DNA of 25,476 nucleotides from a virus (Duplodnaviria > Caudoviricetes). The DNA is taken from positions 1-25,476 of the IMG/VR virus record IMGVR_UViG_3300030433_001002; one strand, given 5' to 3'. How positions within the stretch are numbered: the stretch's first letter is position 1; every line of letters begins with the position of its first letter. The notes beneath the pieces were generated by a model that saw only the letters and a program-made list of their open reading frames with translations, made no database searches and was not told the origin of the DNA. Shown here piece after piece: positions 1 through 8,025 of the stretch. Both the position numbers and the translations under genes were made by a program.

Positions 1-78
1 CTCCAATTGAATGTATTTCAAATAACAATATCATGTCATATCCAATATCCAATATATCATATAATATAGATTGTTCAA

Positions 79-436
79 TCCGTCTCATGCAAAGTGGCGA
101 ATGAGACGGACTGTATTAGGTGAGGGTAGAAGCAGTTATGCTTCATAACAATATATTTCTAATCAATATATCTCATATATCTCATATCTCATATCTCTAT
201 CTCTCTCTGTGAGAGCCCTAAATACCCCCTTACATAAGTCCCTCTCATAAGTCCCCCTAGAAAATGCCCTAAGAGAGAGAGAGAGAGAGAACCCCCATGA
301 GATATGAGATGGATGAGATGCATTCCTCCGAAGGTGCAGGTTTGGGGGGTAAGTAGAGTTAGTTATGCTACATAAGCGTCCGTCTCATCATTTGCCATTT
401 TTTGAGACGGATGATGAGACGCATCGGTGGTGAGAT
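79..436. repeat. Non-coding array of inverted and direct repeats (candidate origin or packaging/terminal region)
   Basis: Inverted repeats TCCGTCTCAT(79-88)/ATGAGACGGA(101-110) and TCCGTCTCA(379-387)/TGAGACGGA(403-411). Palindrome AGTTATGCT(T/A)CATAA at 134-148 and 361-375. ATATCTC tandem units at ~166-200, CATAAGTCCC at 233-242 and 246-255, and an (AG)n tract at 272-290. No convincing ORF. Confidence 0.8.
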
Positions 437-617
437 ACATTTTCTTCTATTGATGCGATTTAAAGTGAGCAAATTAAATTTAATTGGCTTTGTGAGACAA
501 TTGACATCATTAAGGTGTTTTAATCAACGGTCGCCGGATGATGGCTCAGAGTATATGAACAATGCAACCCGAGGATTATTCCACAAGTCGCCCTGTGAGA
601 AGCACTTCTTTACGATT

Positions 618-633
618 TAGCGGGCTTTATATG
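618..633 (+). promoter_or_regulatory. Putative archaeal-type promoter (TATA box TTTATATG preceded by TAGCGGGC)
   Basis: TAGCGGGCTTTATAT recurs with 1 mismatch at 7688-7702; it lies ~55 nt upstream of the ATG at 688. Confidence 0.6.
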
Positions 634-687
634 GGTATTCTCTCATGTTAATTCATCCCCGACTGACGGGGAAGGAGTTGAAAAAAA

Positions 688-1149
688 ATGGAAAACACCG
701 AATGGGATAGCCTAGTGCTTGATGTGAACGAATACCTTGAGGCCGCAAACCTTGAGGCTGGACTTAGCCAAGTTATCAGCCTCAACCTTGAGATTGGAAC
801 GAATGATACCTCCGAAAGAGAGAATTGCCGAAACGCAATCAAGGCTCTTTTGAAGGGCCGTGATGGAACCCCCTTCCGCAAGGGTAAGAAGCCATCTGTT
901 CCAACCGCAGTGCGCGTCTCTATTGACCGAATTTGTGGCGTTGTCGCTGAAGCGGCCACTGCTTACTTCAACCACGATGAAATCATCGCCAGCGTTTCTT
1001 TCGCTCGCGGTGGTGCTTTGTATGAAGACGCCGAAGCCTACGCTTCCTCTGTTGTGAAGCGAACCCGCAGTGCTTTGGTGAAGCAATACAAATCCGGCGA
1101 ATGGGACGGTAGCGTTGCTTCTCTTCTTTCCGACGAATCGGAAGAGTGA
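688..1149 (+). CDS. Hypothetical protein (153 aa)
   Basis: Long ORF with upstream AGGAG RBS, a putative promoter and a downstream hairpin/T-tract. No family recognised. Confidence 0.8.
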   Translation: MENTEWDSLVLDVNEYLEAANLEAGLSQVISLNLEIGTNDTSERENCRNAIKALLKGRDGTPFRKGKKPSVPTAVRVSIDRICGVVAEAATAYFNHDEIIASVSFARGGALYEDAEAYASSVVKRTRSALVKQYKSGEWDGSVASLLSDESEE

Positions 1150-1195
1150 GCCAAATTAGGATTTGTTCCTAATCCAAGTCTCTGACTTGAACAAC

Positions 1196-1233
1196 AGGGG
1201 TGAGGGGGCTATGGCCTCCTTGCCCCTCCTTTT
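1196..1233 (+). terminator. Stem-loop plus T-tract terminator-like element
   Basis: AGGGGTGAGGGGGC-TATG-GCCTCCTTGCCCCT followed by CCTTTT, downstream of ORF 688-1149. Confidence 0.55.
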
Positions 1234-1334
1234 CATGGGAGTTTGGCTAAATTAAAAAAACCTAACAGGTTCTTTCGCTTTGGGTTGCGGGTTCTTTCCT
1301 CAAGGTTTTCTCCCACCCCTTTTGGGTGAATGGT

Positions 1335-1583
1335 ATGAAACTTATTGAAGAAGTCTATGTCAAGGCTGAGAAAGCCACTATTTGCCAGACTTGCGGAATT
1401 GATATTCCCGAAGGTTCTAATCATTTACTTGAGACTTATGTTCATCAAGGCGCACTACTTACCAGCCACTACTGCTTGAATAAGAAGTGCAATCCACCAA
1501 ACAATGTTAAGAGTCGCCTAATGTGGGCCTCTGGCATTATACTCATAATTGGAGCAATCGCTTTAGAAGTCTTTATTCTCTGA
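1335..1583 (+). CDS. Small Zn-finger protein with C-terminal transmembrane helix
   Basis: CQTC...HYC...C motif and hydrophobic C-terminus (LMWASGIILIIGAIALEVFIL). GGTGA RBS before ATG 1335. Confidence 0.7.
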   Translation: MKLIEEVYVKAEKATICQTCGIDIPEGSNHLLETYVHQGALLTSHYCLNKKCNPPNNVKSRLMWASGIILIIGAIALEVFIL

Positions 1584-1718
1584 CTTTACCTCTGTTTCCG
1601 AGGGGGTCGGGTGTTCAGTCCCTCTTATAAGGGGGGTCGCCCCCGTCCCTTTGATGTTCGGGGCAACCGTCAGCCTTCCGCTACAACCACAAATGCGGAA
1701 ACAAAACATCAAACAAAC

Positions 1719-1805
1719 GCTAAGGTGGCGGAGCATGGTTAAACGCGCAGGGCTTAAACTCCTGTCCGTAATGGTTCGCAGGTTCAAATCCTGCCCTTAG
1801 CACCA
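1719..1805 (+). tRNA. tRNA-Leu(TAA), CCA encoded
   Basis: Acceptor stem GCTAAGG/CCTTAGC, then A and CCA. Anticodon arm CAGGG-CTTAAAC-TCCTG (TAA at 1755-1757). Long variable arm. T-arm GCAGG-TTCAAAT-CCTGC. Confidence 0.95.
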
Positions 1806-1916
1806 CATCATGGGGAGGTCGCAGAACAGGGGCCTTTTAGAGATATGACCGAGAAATCGGTTTTGTTCTCCCTCCCCTCCTATTCAAATATTAGTAAAAA
1901 TAAAGAGGTAATAAAA

Positions 1917-3347
1917 ATGAAATACACCGAACAACAAGACAAGATTTTCCACGCTATTGTGGAAACTGAGAGCCATGTGATTGTGAATGCTGGAGCAGGA
2001 ACAGGAAAGACTTCAACAATTGTTGAAGCCGCAAACCGCATTGATTCAACCAATGCGGCATTCCTTTGTTTCAACAAATCAATTCAGACCGAACTGCAAG
2101 AACGCCTGCCCGATAATGTGGATGCAAAAACATTCCACGCCTTTGGTTTTGCCGCAATCCGAAATGCTGGTGTGCGAACAAAAGTGAACAACCGAAAGAC
2201 CCACAGTATCGTTCAGGATTTGTTGGGTAAAGACTACTACACACAACCATTGTGCAAACTGGTTTCTCTCATCAAAGGTTCTTTGGTTGAAGCAACGGAT
2301 ACAAAATCTATTCGCCAATTGATTGACCAATTCAACATTGTTTTTGAATCAAGTCGTGAAGAAAACCAAGCCATTGGTGCTATTCCCGCTATTCTTAACT
2401 TGGCCAAAACTCAAACACACCACATTGACTTTGACGACATGATTTGGCTACCATTGGTGAACGATTACCCAATGCCTCACTATGATATTCTTTTCGTGGA
2501 TGAAGCACAGGATTTCAACGAAGCACAACGAGAATTAATTTCCCGTGTGGTCAATGGTGGCCGATGTGTTATTGTTGGCGACCCAAATCAAGCCATTTAT
2601 GGTTTCCGAGGTGCTGACAGCAATTCAATGAATATGTTCAAGCGACGATTGATGAAGGAATCTGACCGTGAAATTACCGAATTACCTTTGAGTATTTCAT
2701 GGCGTTGCCCTGTAAGTGTTGTCAAAGAAGCAAACCGATATGTTCGTGATTTCCACCAAGCACCAAACGCCATTGAAGGTCAAGTCGTTGTGAATGCTCC
2801 TTTCGCACCTCAGCGAAATGACATGGTTCTTTGCCGCTACAACGCACCTTTGGTTTCAGCGTTTTACGATTTGATTTCTCAAGGAAAGTCTGCTTACATT
2901 CTCGGACGAGATATGACGAAGGGATTGATTAACGCCGTGAAGAAAATCACCAAGAACAACAACATGGGTGTTGATGAATTCAGCGATTTGTTCCAAGCAG
3001 ACTTTCAATATAACCACAAGCGTTTGATGCAACAGGACAAAACGAATCAAGCATTGGCTCTTGAGGATAAGGCTGCTTGCATTCGCATTTTCATCAACAA
3101 AGCAGAAACCGTTGGTGGAATTATTGAGGAAATCAAGCGTGTGTTTGATGGAAACGACAAAGGCGAAATCATGCTTTCAACGGTTCACAAGTCAAAAGGT
3201 CTTGAAGCCAAGCGAGTTTATATTCTCGCTACTGAGAGAATGCCTCACCCAAAGGGTGGACATGAAGAGAACAACATTTGCTATGTGGCCATTACACGGG
3301 CGCAGGAAAGCCTATTCTTTGTGGGGCCTCGCCCTGCAATTAACTGA
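1917..3347 (+). CDS. Superfamily 1 (UvrD/Rep-like) helicase
   Basis: Walker A AGAGTGKT, TFHAF, motif II VDEAQD, motif III VGDPNQAIYGFRGA, motif IV SWRC, motif V STVHKSKGLE, motif VI YVAITRA. Start moved to ATG 1917, which follows a GAGGT RBS. Confidence 0.93.
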   Translation: MKYTEQQDKIFHAIVETESHVIVNAGAGTGKTSTIVEAANRIDSTNAAFLCFNKSIQTELQERLPDNVDAKTFHAFGFAAIRNAGVRTKVNNRKTHSIVQDLLGKDYYTQPLCKLVSLIKGSLVEATDTKSIRQLIDQFNIVFESSREENQAIGAIPAILNLAKTQTHHIDFDDMIWLPLVNDYPMPHYDILFVDEAQDFNEAQRELISRVVNGGRCVIVGDPNQAIYGFRGADSNSMNMFKRRLMKESDREITELPLSISWRCPVSVVKEANRYVRDFHQAPNAIEGQVVVNAPFAPQRNDMVLCRYNAPLVSAFYDLISQGKSAYILGRDMTKGLINAVKKITKNNNMGVDEFSDLFQADFQYNHKRLMQQDKTNQALALEDKAACIRIFINKAETVGGIIEEIKRVFDGNDKGEIMLSTVHKSKGLEAKRVYILATERMPHPKGGHEENNICYVAITRAQESLFFVGPRPAIN

Positions 3348-3451
3348 TACTCCGAGGGTTGTTCGCCCGTATGGTTGGCGTAAGCGTGAGTCAATGGAGA
3401 AAAATTGACGCTCAAATGGGTGCGAAGCCCTACTCAAAAAGAGGTATAAAT

Positions 3452-3664
3452 ATGAAATATAAACAATTTATGGAGATTACAGAATATTGGTCAGACAACG
3501 ATACGGTGTGTTTCTTGATGGAATATCCGTTGTGGAATGAAATGGTTATGCGTTTTATTATGCATAAGTGGCGTGATGGTGTCATTGATATAGAACACCT
3601 TGAAGGGTTTGCTAATGAACACGGAATTATGAACTATACGAAATTGCCGGAGGAAGACGAATGA
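3452..3664 (+). CDS. Hypothetical protein
   Basis: GAGGT RBS before ATG 3452; ATGA overlap with the next ORF. Confidence 0.65.
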   Translation: MKYKQFMEITEYWSDNDTVCFLMEYPLWNEMVMRFIMHKWRDGVIDIEHLEGFANEHGIMNYTKLPEEDE

Positions 3665-3840
3665 ATTGCCAACACGATGATTATGAATTAACCGCAGAAG
3701 ACTTGACTGTTGAAGAACACTACAATGTGATTCATCAGCATTTTGTTTGTTTAGAATGTGGTGCAATAGGTGAACGAACATATCGTATTCCAATTGAAAT
3801 CACTTGGAATGGACATCAAACTAAGTTGGACTTGAAATGA
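3661..3840 (+). CDS. Small Zn-ribbon protein (59 aa, not in ORF track)
   Basis: Translates as MNCQH...CLECG...; ATGA-coupled at both ends. Confidence 0.7.
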   Translation: MNCQHDDYELTAEDLTVEEHYNVIHQHFVCLECGAIGERTYRIPIEITWNGHQTKLDLK

Positions 3841-4079
3841 TATTCAAGTGGTTAAGAAAATATAAGGTGGTGGAAAGAAACATCATCCGTTGCGGTAATT
3901 GCTTCCTTGAAGCGAACCGCTATATGCAAATACGGTTTCAGCCAATTGGCGAGGAACCATCAAATGAAAAAATAATAATACCAATATGTGGTGAATGTTA
4001 TGACGAAGTATATGAAAGATATAATCCGCAAAGACTCCCTGCGCCTGTTCAAGTCGGAGTATTTGAACAGACCCGTTAA
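3837..4079 (+). CDS. Small Zn-finger protein
   Basis: CGNC...CGEC pairs; ATGA overlap with the upstream ORF. Confidence 0.65.
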   Translation: MIFKWLRKYKVVERNIIRCGNCFLEANRYMQIRFQPIGEEPSNEKIIIPICGECYDEVYERYNPQRLPAPVQVGVFEQTR

Positions 4080-4178
4080 ACACGAAATGCGTAGAAGAGA
4101 AATTTACAAAGAATTAAGGGCCAAAGGAGTGCGCCCACACGAAGCATTCCAAATATCAATAAAAAGAATGGTGATAAA

Positions 4179-4415
4179 ATGATAAATCTGAATGAAATGA
4201 GAAAAGCCCAAGTCGCATCCTTTGGTGCGATTCACGAACCAATGGATAGAAACTCTGTTGATGTTTTTCGGCTTCAATGCCGAGAGTCAATGGAAAAAGA
4301 GTTTGAGCATTATGTCAAGAATCCCAGTGCTTCTAACTGGAATGCTTTGACTATTGCTATGATGTGGCACCAATACTGGATGCAAAAGGCTATTTACGAA
4401 GTGGTGGAAGAATGA
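4179..4415 (+). CDS. Hypothetical protein
   Basis: GGTGA RBS; ATGA overlap with the downstream gene. Confidence 0.65.
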   Translation: MINLNEMRKAQVASFGAIHEPMDRNSVDVFRLQCRESMEKEFEHYVKNPSASNWNALTIAMMWHQYWMQKAIYEVVEE

Positions 4416-5089
4416 ACATCTTTGCACTATCACGAAACCCTGTTGAAGCGGCACGACAAATGTTGGATAAGCACATTGTCAAAATGCCAACCGAAAGTTG
4501 TCAAATGATTCACACCAATGCACTTTACTTTCAGTATCTTGCGAAGTATGGAGAAGAACCAGCCCTGCGTGATTTGAAACAATTTCATGCTTGCTCTCAA
4601 TCAAAACTGATGAAGCCTGCCATGCTCAACCACCCCTCAACCATTTGGGCGAGGCAAAATCCACACAATGCTGACTGGCTCATGCAACACGCTCTTGCTC
4701 TTTGTGAAGAATACACATACCGATACGGTAAAACCCACGGCAGTTATGCTCGGATTCTCCAAACATGGGGCGAGCATTTCATGGAAGAAGGTTGTTGGAA
4801 AGAAGCCTCTCCGGTATCTATTGCTATGGCTGACGAATATCGGCTTGACAAAACTCAATTTTTCTACGGAGCAGAAGCCCAATATGGAATCAAAATGACA
4901 GATTGGGACTTCGTAATTGCTTCTTATCGCCACTATTATCTTGAAGGTAAGTGGAAATTTGCCGAATGGCGAAAAGACAGGCGACCTGAATGGTTTCCTG
5001 CAAACCAATATGCTATCAAATACAACGAATATGTGCGAGACTACAATTCCCGTAATCCACGGGTTCCTTTGAGGGAGATGAAAGTATGA
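4412..5089 (+). CDS. Pyrimidine-dimer DNA glycosylase (DenV/endonuclease V-like family)
   Basis: MNIF...DKHIVKMPTESCQM, NHPSTIWAR, EYTYRYGKTH and YRHYY match the phage family usually annotated this way. Start at ATG 4412. Confidence 0.7.
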   Translation: MNIFALSRNPVEAARQMLDKHIVKMPTESCQMIHTNALYFQYLAKYGEEPALRDLKQFHACSQSKLMKPAMLNHPSTIWARQNPHNADWLMQHALALCEEYTYRYGKTHGSYARILQTWGEHFMEEGCWKEASPVSIAMADEYRLDKTQFFYGAEAQYGIKMTDWDFVIASYRHYYLEGKWKFAEWRKDRRPEWFPANQYAIKYNEYVRDYNSRNPRVPLREMKV

Positions 5090-5200
5090 TATGTTGTAAT
5101 GAAATTATGAATGTTGTTGATTTTAAACACGGCCAATACAAATGCGAATGCGAAGTATGTGGAAGTATTATATATCATCAACCATTTAATGGTGATTAAA

Positions 5201-5305
5201 ATGCAAAAAAGATGCATTGGATGTAATGTGGTAATAGGACACAAAAAACACTATTGCTACCGTTGCTTAACGGAATTAACTGAAAAGGTGAAAAAATATG
5301 AATGA
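5201..5305 (+). CDS. Small Zn-finger peptide
   Basis: MQKRCIGC...YCYRC; GGTGA RBS; TTATATA TATA-like box at ~5168. Confidence 0.55.
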   Translation: MQKRCIGCNVVIGHKKHYCYRCLTELTEKVKKYE

Positions 5306-5603
5306 ATGTGAGAAATGTAATGGACGACTTAGTTATACCATTTATGACCGACACGCTGATGCTCCCCTCTCCGTGGAGTGTTGGGATTGTTTGTCCGAAT
5401 TGAATTATCAAGACAATGTGGCCGAAGATTTTTCTCGGCTATTGAGAAATGCAAGCCCCGAAAGGTTGGCTCAATTGCTGGCTTCCCATGTCGTGGCGAA
5501 GGTCTATCGTGAGCGAGAGAGGGACTTAAGTAGGCTTGAGGAAATGGTCAAGTCAAAGGATTTAGCCAATGCGCTGGCAATTTGCAGTGCGTATGTTGGT
5601 TGA
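5298..5603 (+). CDS. Hypothetical protein with N-terminal Zn finger
   Basis: CEKC...CWDC; AGGTGA RBS. Confidence 0.7.
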   Translation: MNECEKCNGRLSYTIYDRHADAPLSVECWDCLSELNYQDNVAEDFSRLLRNASPERLAQLLASHVVAKVYRERERDLSRLEEMVKSKDLANALAICSAYVG

Positions 5604-5612
5604 TGATAACAG

Positions 5613-5687
5613 GGGTGTATGGTGTAATGGATAGCATTCGGGCCTTCTAAGCCTGAGATGGGGGTTCAATTCCCTCTACGCCCGCCA
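5613..5687 (+). tRNA. tRNA-Arg(TCT), CCA encoded
   Basis: Acceptor stem GGGTGTA/TACGCCC, then G and CCA. Anticodon arm CGGGC-CTTCTAA-GCCTG (TCT at 5646-5648). T-loop GGTTCAATTCC. Confidence 0.93.
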
Positions 5688-5711
5688 TTCAAAATAAAAG
5701 GAGAAATAAAA

Positions 5712-5969
5712 ATGCAACCAAAACCGAAAAAGAGAGTAGAATTTAGATTGATTGAAGATGAAACGATGCCACCAATCGTCATTACTTATAATGAGAATGA
5801 TGAACCAAAAGTTGTGATTAACACATATCACAAACTCTGGATTAGTGTAAATCGCAGAACCATCGCAGGAATTCTTGAGGCACTTCAAGAAAAAATGGAT
5901 GTTATTTTGCAGAGTTATCTGGAAGAACAATACAATTTTGTCAAAGAAGATAGGGAGTTTTTACAATGA
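5712..5969 (+). CDS. Hypothetical protein
   Basis: AGGAG RBS before ATG 5712. The longer track start overlaps the tRNA and was rejected. Confidence 0.7.
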   Translation: MQPKPKKRVEFRLIEDETMPPIVITYNENDEPKVVINTYHKLWISVNRRTIAGILEALQEKMDVILQSYLEEQYNFVKEDREFLQ

Positions 5970-6349
5970 TGACTTGTGATGTGTGTGGAAAGTTATACCT
6001 TCCAAAGAACCTTAAGAGAGAAGCGAGTGCTAATTTCCGAAAGTGCGATGAATGTTATTACAATAAAAAGGCGCAGAACAGTCTTGCTTCTGCAAACCGT
6101 AAATCACAAACAGAGTTTATGCGCCTTGAACGGCGCATTGAAAAACTTGAGAAAAAGAATGAAATGCTTGAAACTATCATTGAGAGCATGGTGAATGACA
6201 CGGTGAATAGAGTCATGGGAGACTCCTTACTTTCTGCTGTGAGACAGCAGACTCAATTACAACTTTCAAGACTACAAGCCCAAATCATTGATGTGAATAA
6301 CAAAGTCGTGAAAATCATGGGCTTTGAATTACCCAAAGGAGAGGAATAA
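5966..6349 (+). CDS. Zn-finger plus coiled-coil protein
   Basis: CDVC...CDEC followed by heptad-rich helices. Confidence 0.7.
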   Translation: MMTCDVCGKLYLPKNLKREASANFRKCDECYYNKKAQNSLASANRKSQTEFMRLERRIEKLEKKNEMLETIIESMVNDTVNRVMGDSLLSAVRQQTQLQLSRLQAQIIDVNNKVVKIMGFELPKGEE

Positions 6350-6351
6350 AA

Positions 6352-7581
6352 ATGCGAAGAGAATTGGGACAAGGACGATGGGACAAAATTTTGATGCGAC
6401 GGATGGTTGAATTATCCGTTGCTGATAACTACGATGAAGCAAAAGAAGAATGGATTGCCACGGGCGATGTTTGGTGGGCAGGTTCCGCCGATATGCCAGA
6501 TTGGGTGAGCAATTCTACTCACCAAAATTACTGTCTTTGTGGACACGGTATTGTTTATCATTTCCGTATTCGCAACACCGAGAACGGCAACGAAGAGATT
6601 GTTGGAAGCGACCACATTAATTCCTACCTCATTATGCGACAGATTGCTCAAGAGATGAAAGTCAATTTGGCTGAAGTTTCCGATGAACAGGTTGAACGGT
6701 GGTTGAAAGAACGCGTTGGTTCAATGAAAGCCGAAGCATGGTGGGCTGAGAATGGCCCTGCATTCACTACAATGTTTGATGCAGTGAAAGAGATTGATGT
6801 TTGGCACAATGTCTATGAAAAGCACTATGTCTATAATGCGAAGTATCAACGCCATGAAACTCAAAGAGTCTTGCGAAAGAAAGGTAAGGGAACCTTTGGT
6901 ATTGATTATGAGATGGCTTCTATCGTTTGGCGGTGGAATCACCCCGACAATCCGAAAGCACAAATCAAAACCCGTGGTTATCCTAACGAGAAATTGATGA
7001 TGGACTTATCTCTATTCTTCGCTCAATCCCACGGTATGCGCCCAGCATTTGAAGCGTGGAAGAAAGAACGAGAGGAGCGTTTGGAATACTTGGAAAAGCA
7101 GAAAATTGCGGCAGAACGCCGAAGGCAAGAAGCCGCAGAAAGGGCGAGGCTGGCTCAAATTGAATGGGAAAAAGGCGCACCCGAAAGAGAACGCAAAGCC
7201 CGAGAAGAACGAGAAAAGCGTTTGGCGTTAGAAGCAGAGCGCAAAGCCAAACAGATGAAAAAACACTTGGCTGAATTGGCTCTTGCTCCGCAAGAATCAT
7301 TCAAGAATATGTGTGGTTTCTACGGTATTCCTGTATTTGATGATTCTTATGCATCAACCCCGTGGGAAGCAGAATTCTTGAATTCAATTCGTGTGCGACT
7401 CACTAATCGCCATGAATTATCAAATGCTCAAGTTTCTACTTTGAGAACCATCATGTTGGAAAATCCTCCGACTGATAAGCAGGTCAAGTATTTGCGAGAC
7501 TTAGGTTGGGAAGGAGAAATACCTTCTAAGCAATTCGCAAGCAGAAAAATTGGAGAACTACTAGAAAATAGAGGTGAATAA
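6352..7581 (+). CDS. Hypothetical protein (409 aa) with Cys/His motif and charged coiled coil
   Basis: CLCGH...VGSDHI putative metal site, E/R/K-rich helix, C-terminal PTDKQVKYLRDLG motif. GAGG RBS. Confidence 0.8.
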   Translation: MRRELGQGRWDKILMRRMVELSVADNYDEAKEEWIATGDVWWAGSADMPDWVSNSTHQNYCLCGHGIVYHFRIRNTENGNEEIVGSDHINSYLIMRQIAQEMKVNLAEVSDEQVERWLKERVGSMKAEAWWAENGPAFTTMFDAVKEIDVWHNVYEKHYVYNAKYQRHETQRVLRKKGKGTFGIDYEMASIVWRWNHPDNPKAQIKTRGYPNEKLMMDLSLFFAQSHGMRPAFEAWKKEREERLEYLEKQKIAAERRRQEAAERARLAQIEWEKGAPERERKAREEREKRLALEAERKAKQMKKHLAELALAPQESFKNMCGFYGIPVFDDSYASTPWEAEFLNSIRVRLTNRHELSNAQVSTLRTIMLENPPTDKQVKYLRDLGWEGEIPSKQFASRKIGELLENRGE

Positions 7582-7582
7582 A

Positions 7583-7690
7583 ATGGGAATGATGAAGAAT
7601 ATTATTTATGGGGCAATTGCGATAACTGTCCCTGTTGTTGGCGTAGCATTGGTCGGACTTTTGTATGACGGCGACGACCCCGAGGTATAG
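7583..7690 (+). CDS. Small single-pass membrane peptide (35 aa, not in ORF track)
   Basis: MGMMKNIIYGAIAITVPVVGVALVGLLYDGDDPEV; GAGGTG RBS. Confidence 0.55.
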   Translation: MGMMKNIIYGAIAITVPVVGVALVGLLYDGDDPEV

Positions 7691-7703
7691 CGGGCTTTAA
7701 ATA
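7688..7703 (+). promoter_or_regulatory. Putative archaeal-type promoter of the Ubl gene (TATA box TTTAAATA)
   Basis: TAGCGGGCTTTAAATA, near-identical to 618-633. Confidence 0.6.
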
Positions 7704-7737
7704 GGAAACAAAACATAGGAGAACATAGGAAGTGAGA

Positions 7738-7947
7738 ATGATGATTACACTACGAATTTTGAACGAGACAGGCCACACGACCCTTAGCATTGAGGCTAAG
7801 GAAGTCATTGAACAAATCCATGACCACCCGACGCATTGGGTGTTTGTGGACGGTGAGATGGTTGCCCGTGAAGGCATTAACGAAATCAACTGGGACACGG
7901 TTCAATCTGTGGACTTGACTCCCGCAATCGTTGGAGGGGCCTACTGA
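7738..7947 (+). CDS. Ubiquitin-like beta-grasp protein (ThiS/MoaD/SAMP-like) ending in GG-AY
   Basis: ~69 aa with two N-terminal beta strands, a helix, VFVDGEMV and C-terminal VDLTPAIVGG, matching the ThiS/MoaD 'v.l.p.v.GG' pattern, followed by AY. Confidence 0.8.
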   Translation: MMITLRILNETGHTTLSIEAKEVIEQIHDHPTHWVFVDGEMVAREGINEINWDTVQSVDLTPAIVGGAY

Positions 7948-7976
7948 AACCCTCCCGATTGTTTCCTATACCCTTT

Positions 7977-8020
7977 GGGGGTGTCGTTGTGTCCGACCAC
8001 ATGACGGCATCCCCATTTTT
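7977..8020 (+). terminator. Long stem-loop plus T-tract downstream of the Ubl gene
   Basis: GGGGGTGTCGTTGTG-TCCGAC-CACATGACGGCATCCCC followed by ATTTTT. Confidence 0.6.
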
Positions 8021-8025
8021 GGGTG

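Noticed and set aside
79-436. Possible CRISPR or mini-CRISPR array
   Set aside because: The repeats are short, mostly inverted and irregularly spaced, with no constant repeat-spacer period.
402-620. 72-aa ORF in the repeat region
   Set aside because: It has a TTG start inside an inverted repeat, no RBS and no protein-like motif.
5658-5711. N-terminal extension of ORF 5658-5969 (likewise 1845-1916, 4364-4411, 13203-13256)
   Set aside because: These overlap a tRNA, a structured region or an upstream gene; downstream ATGs have better RBS or ATGA coupling.
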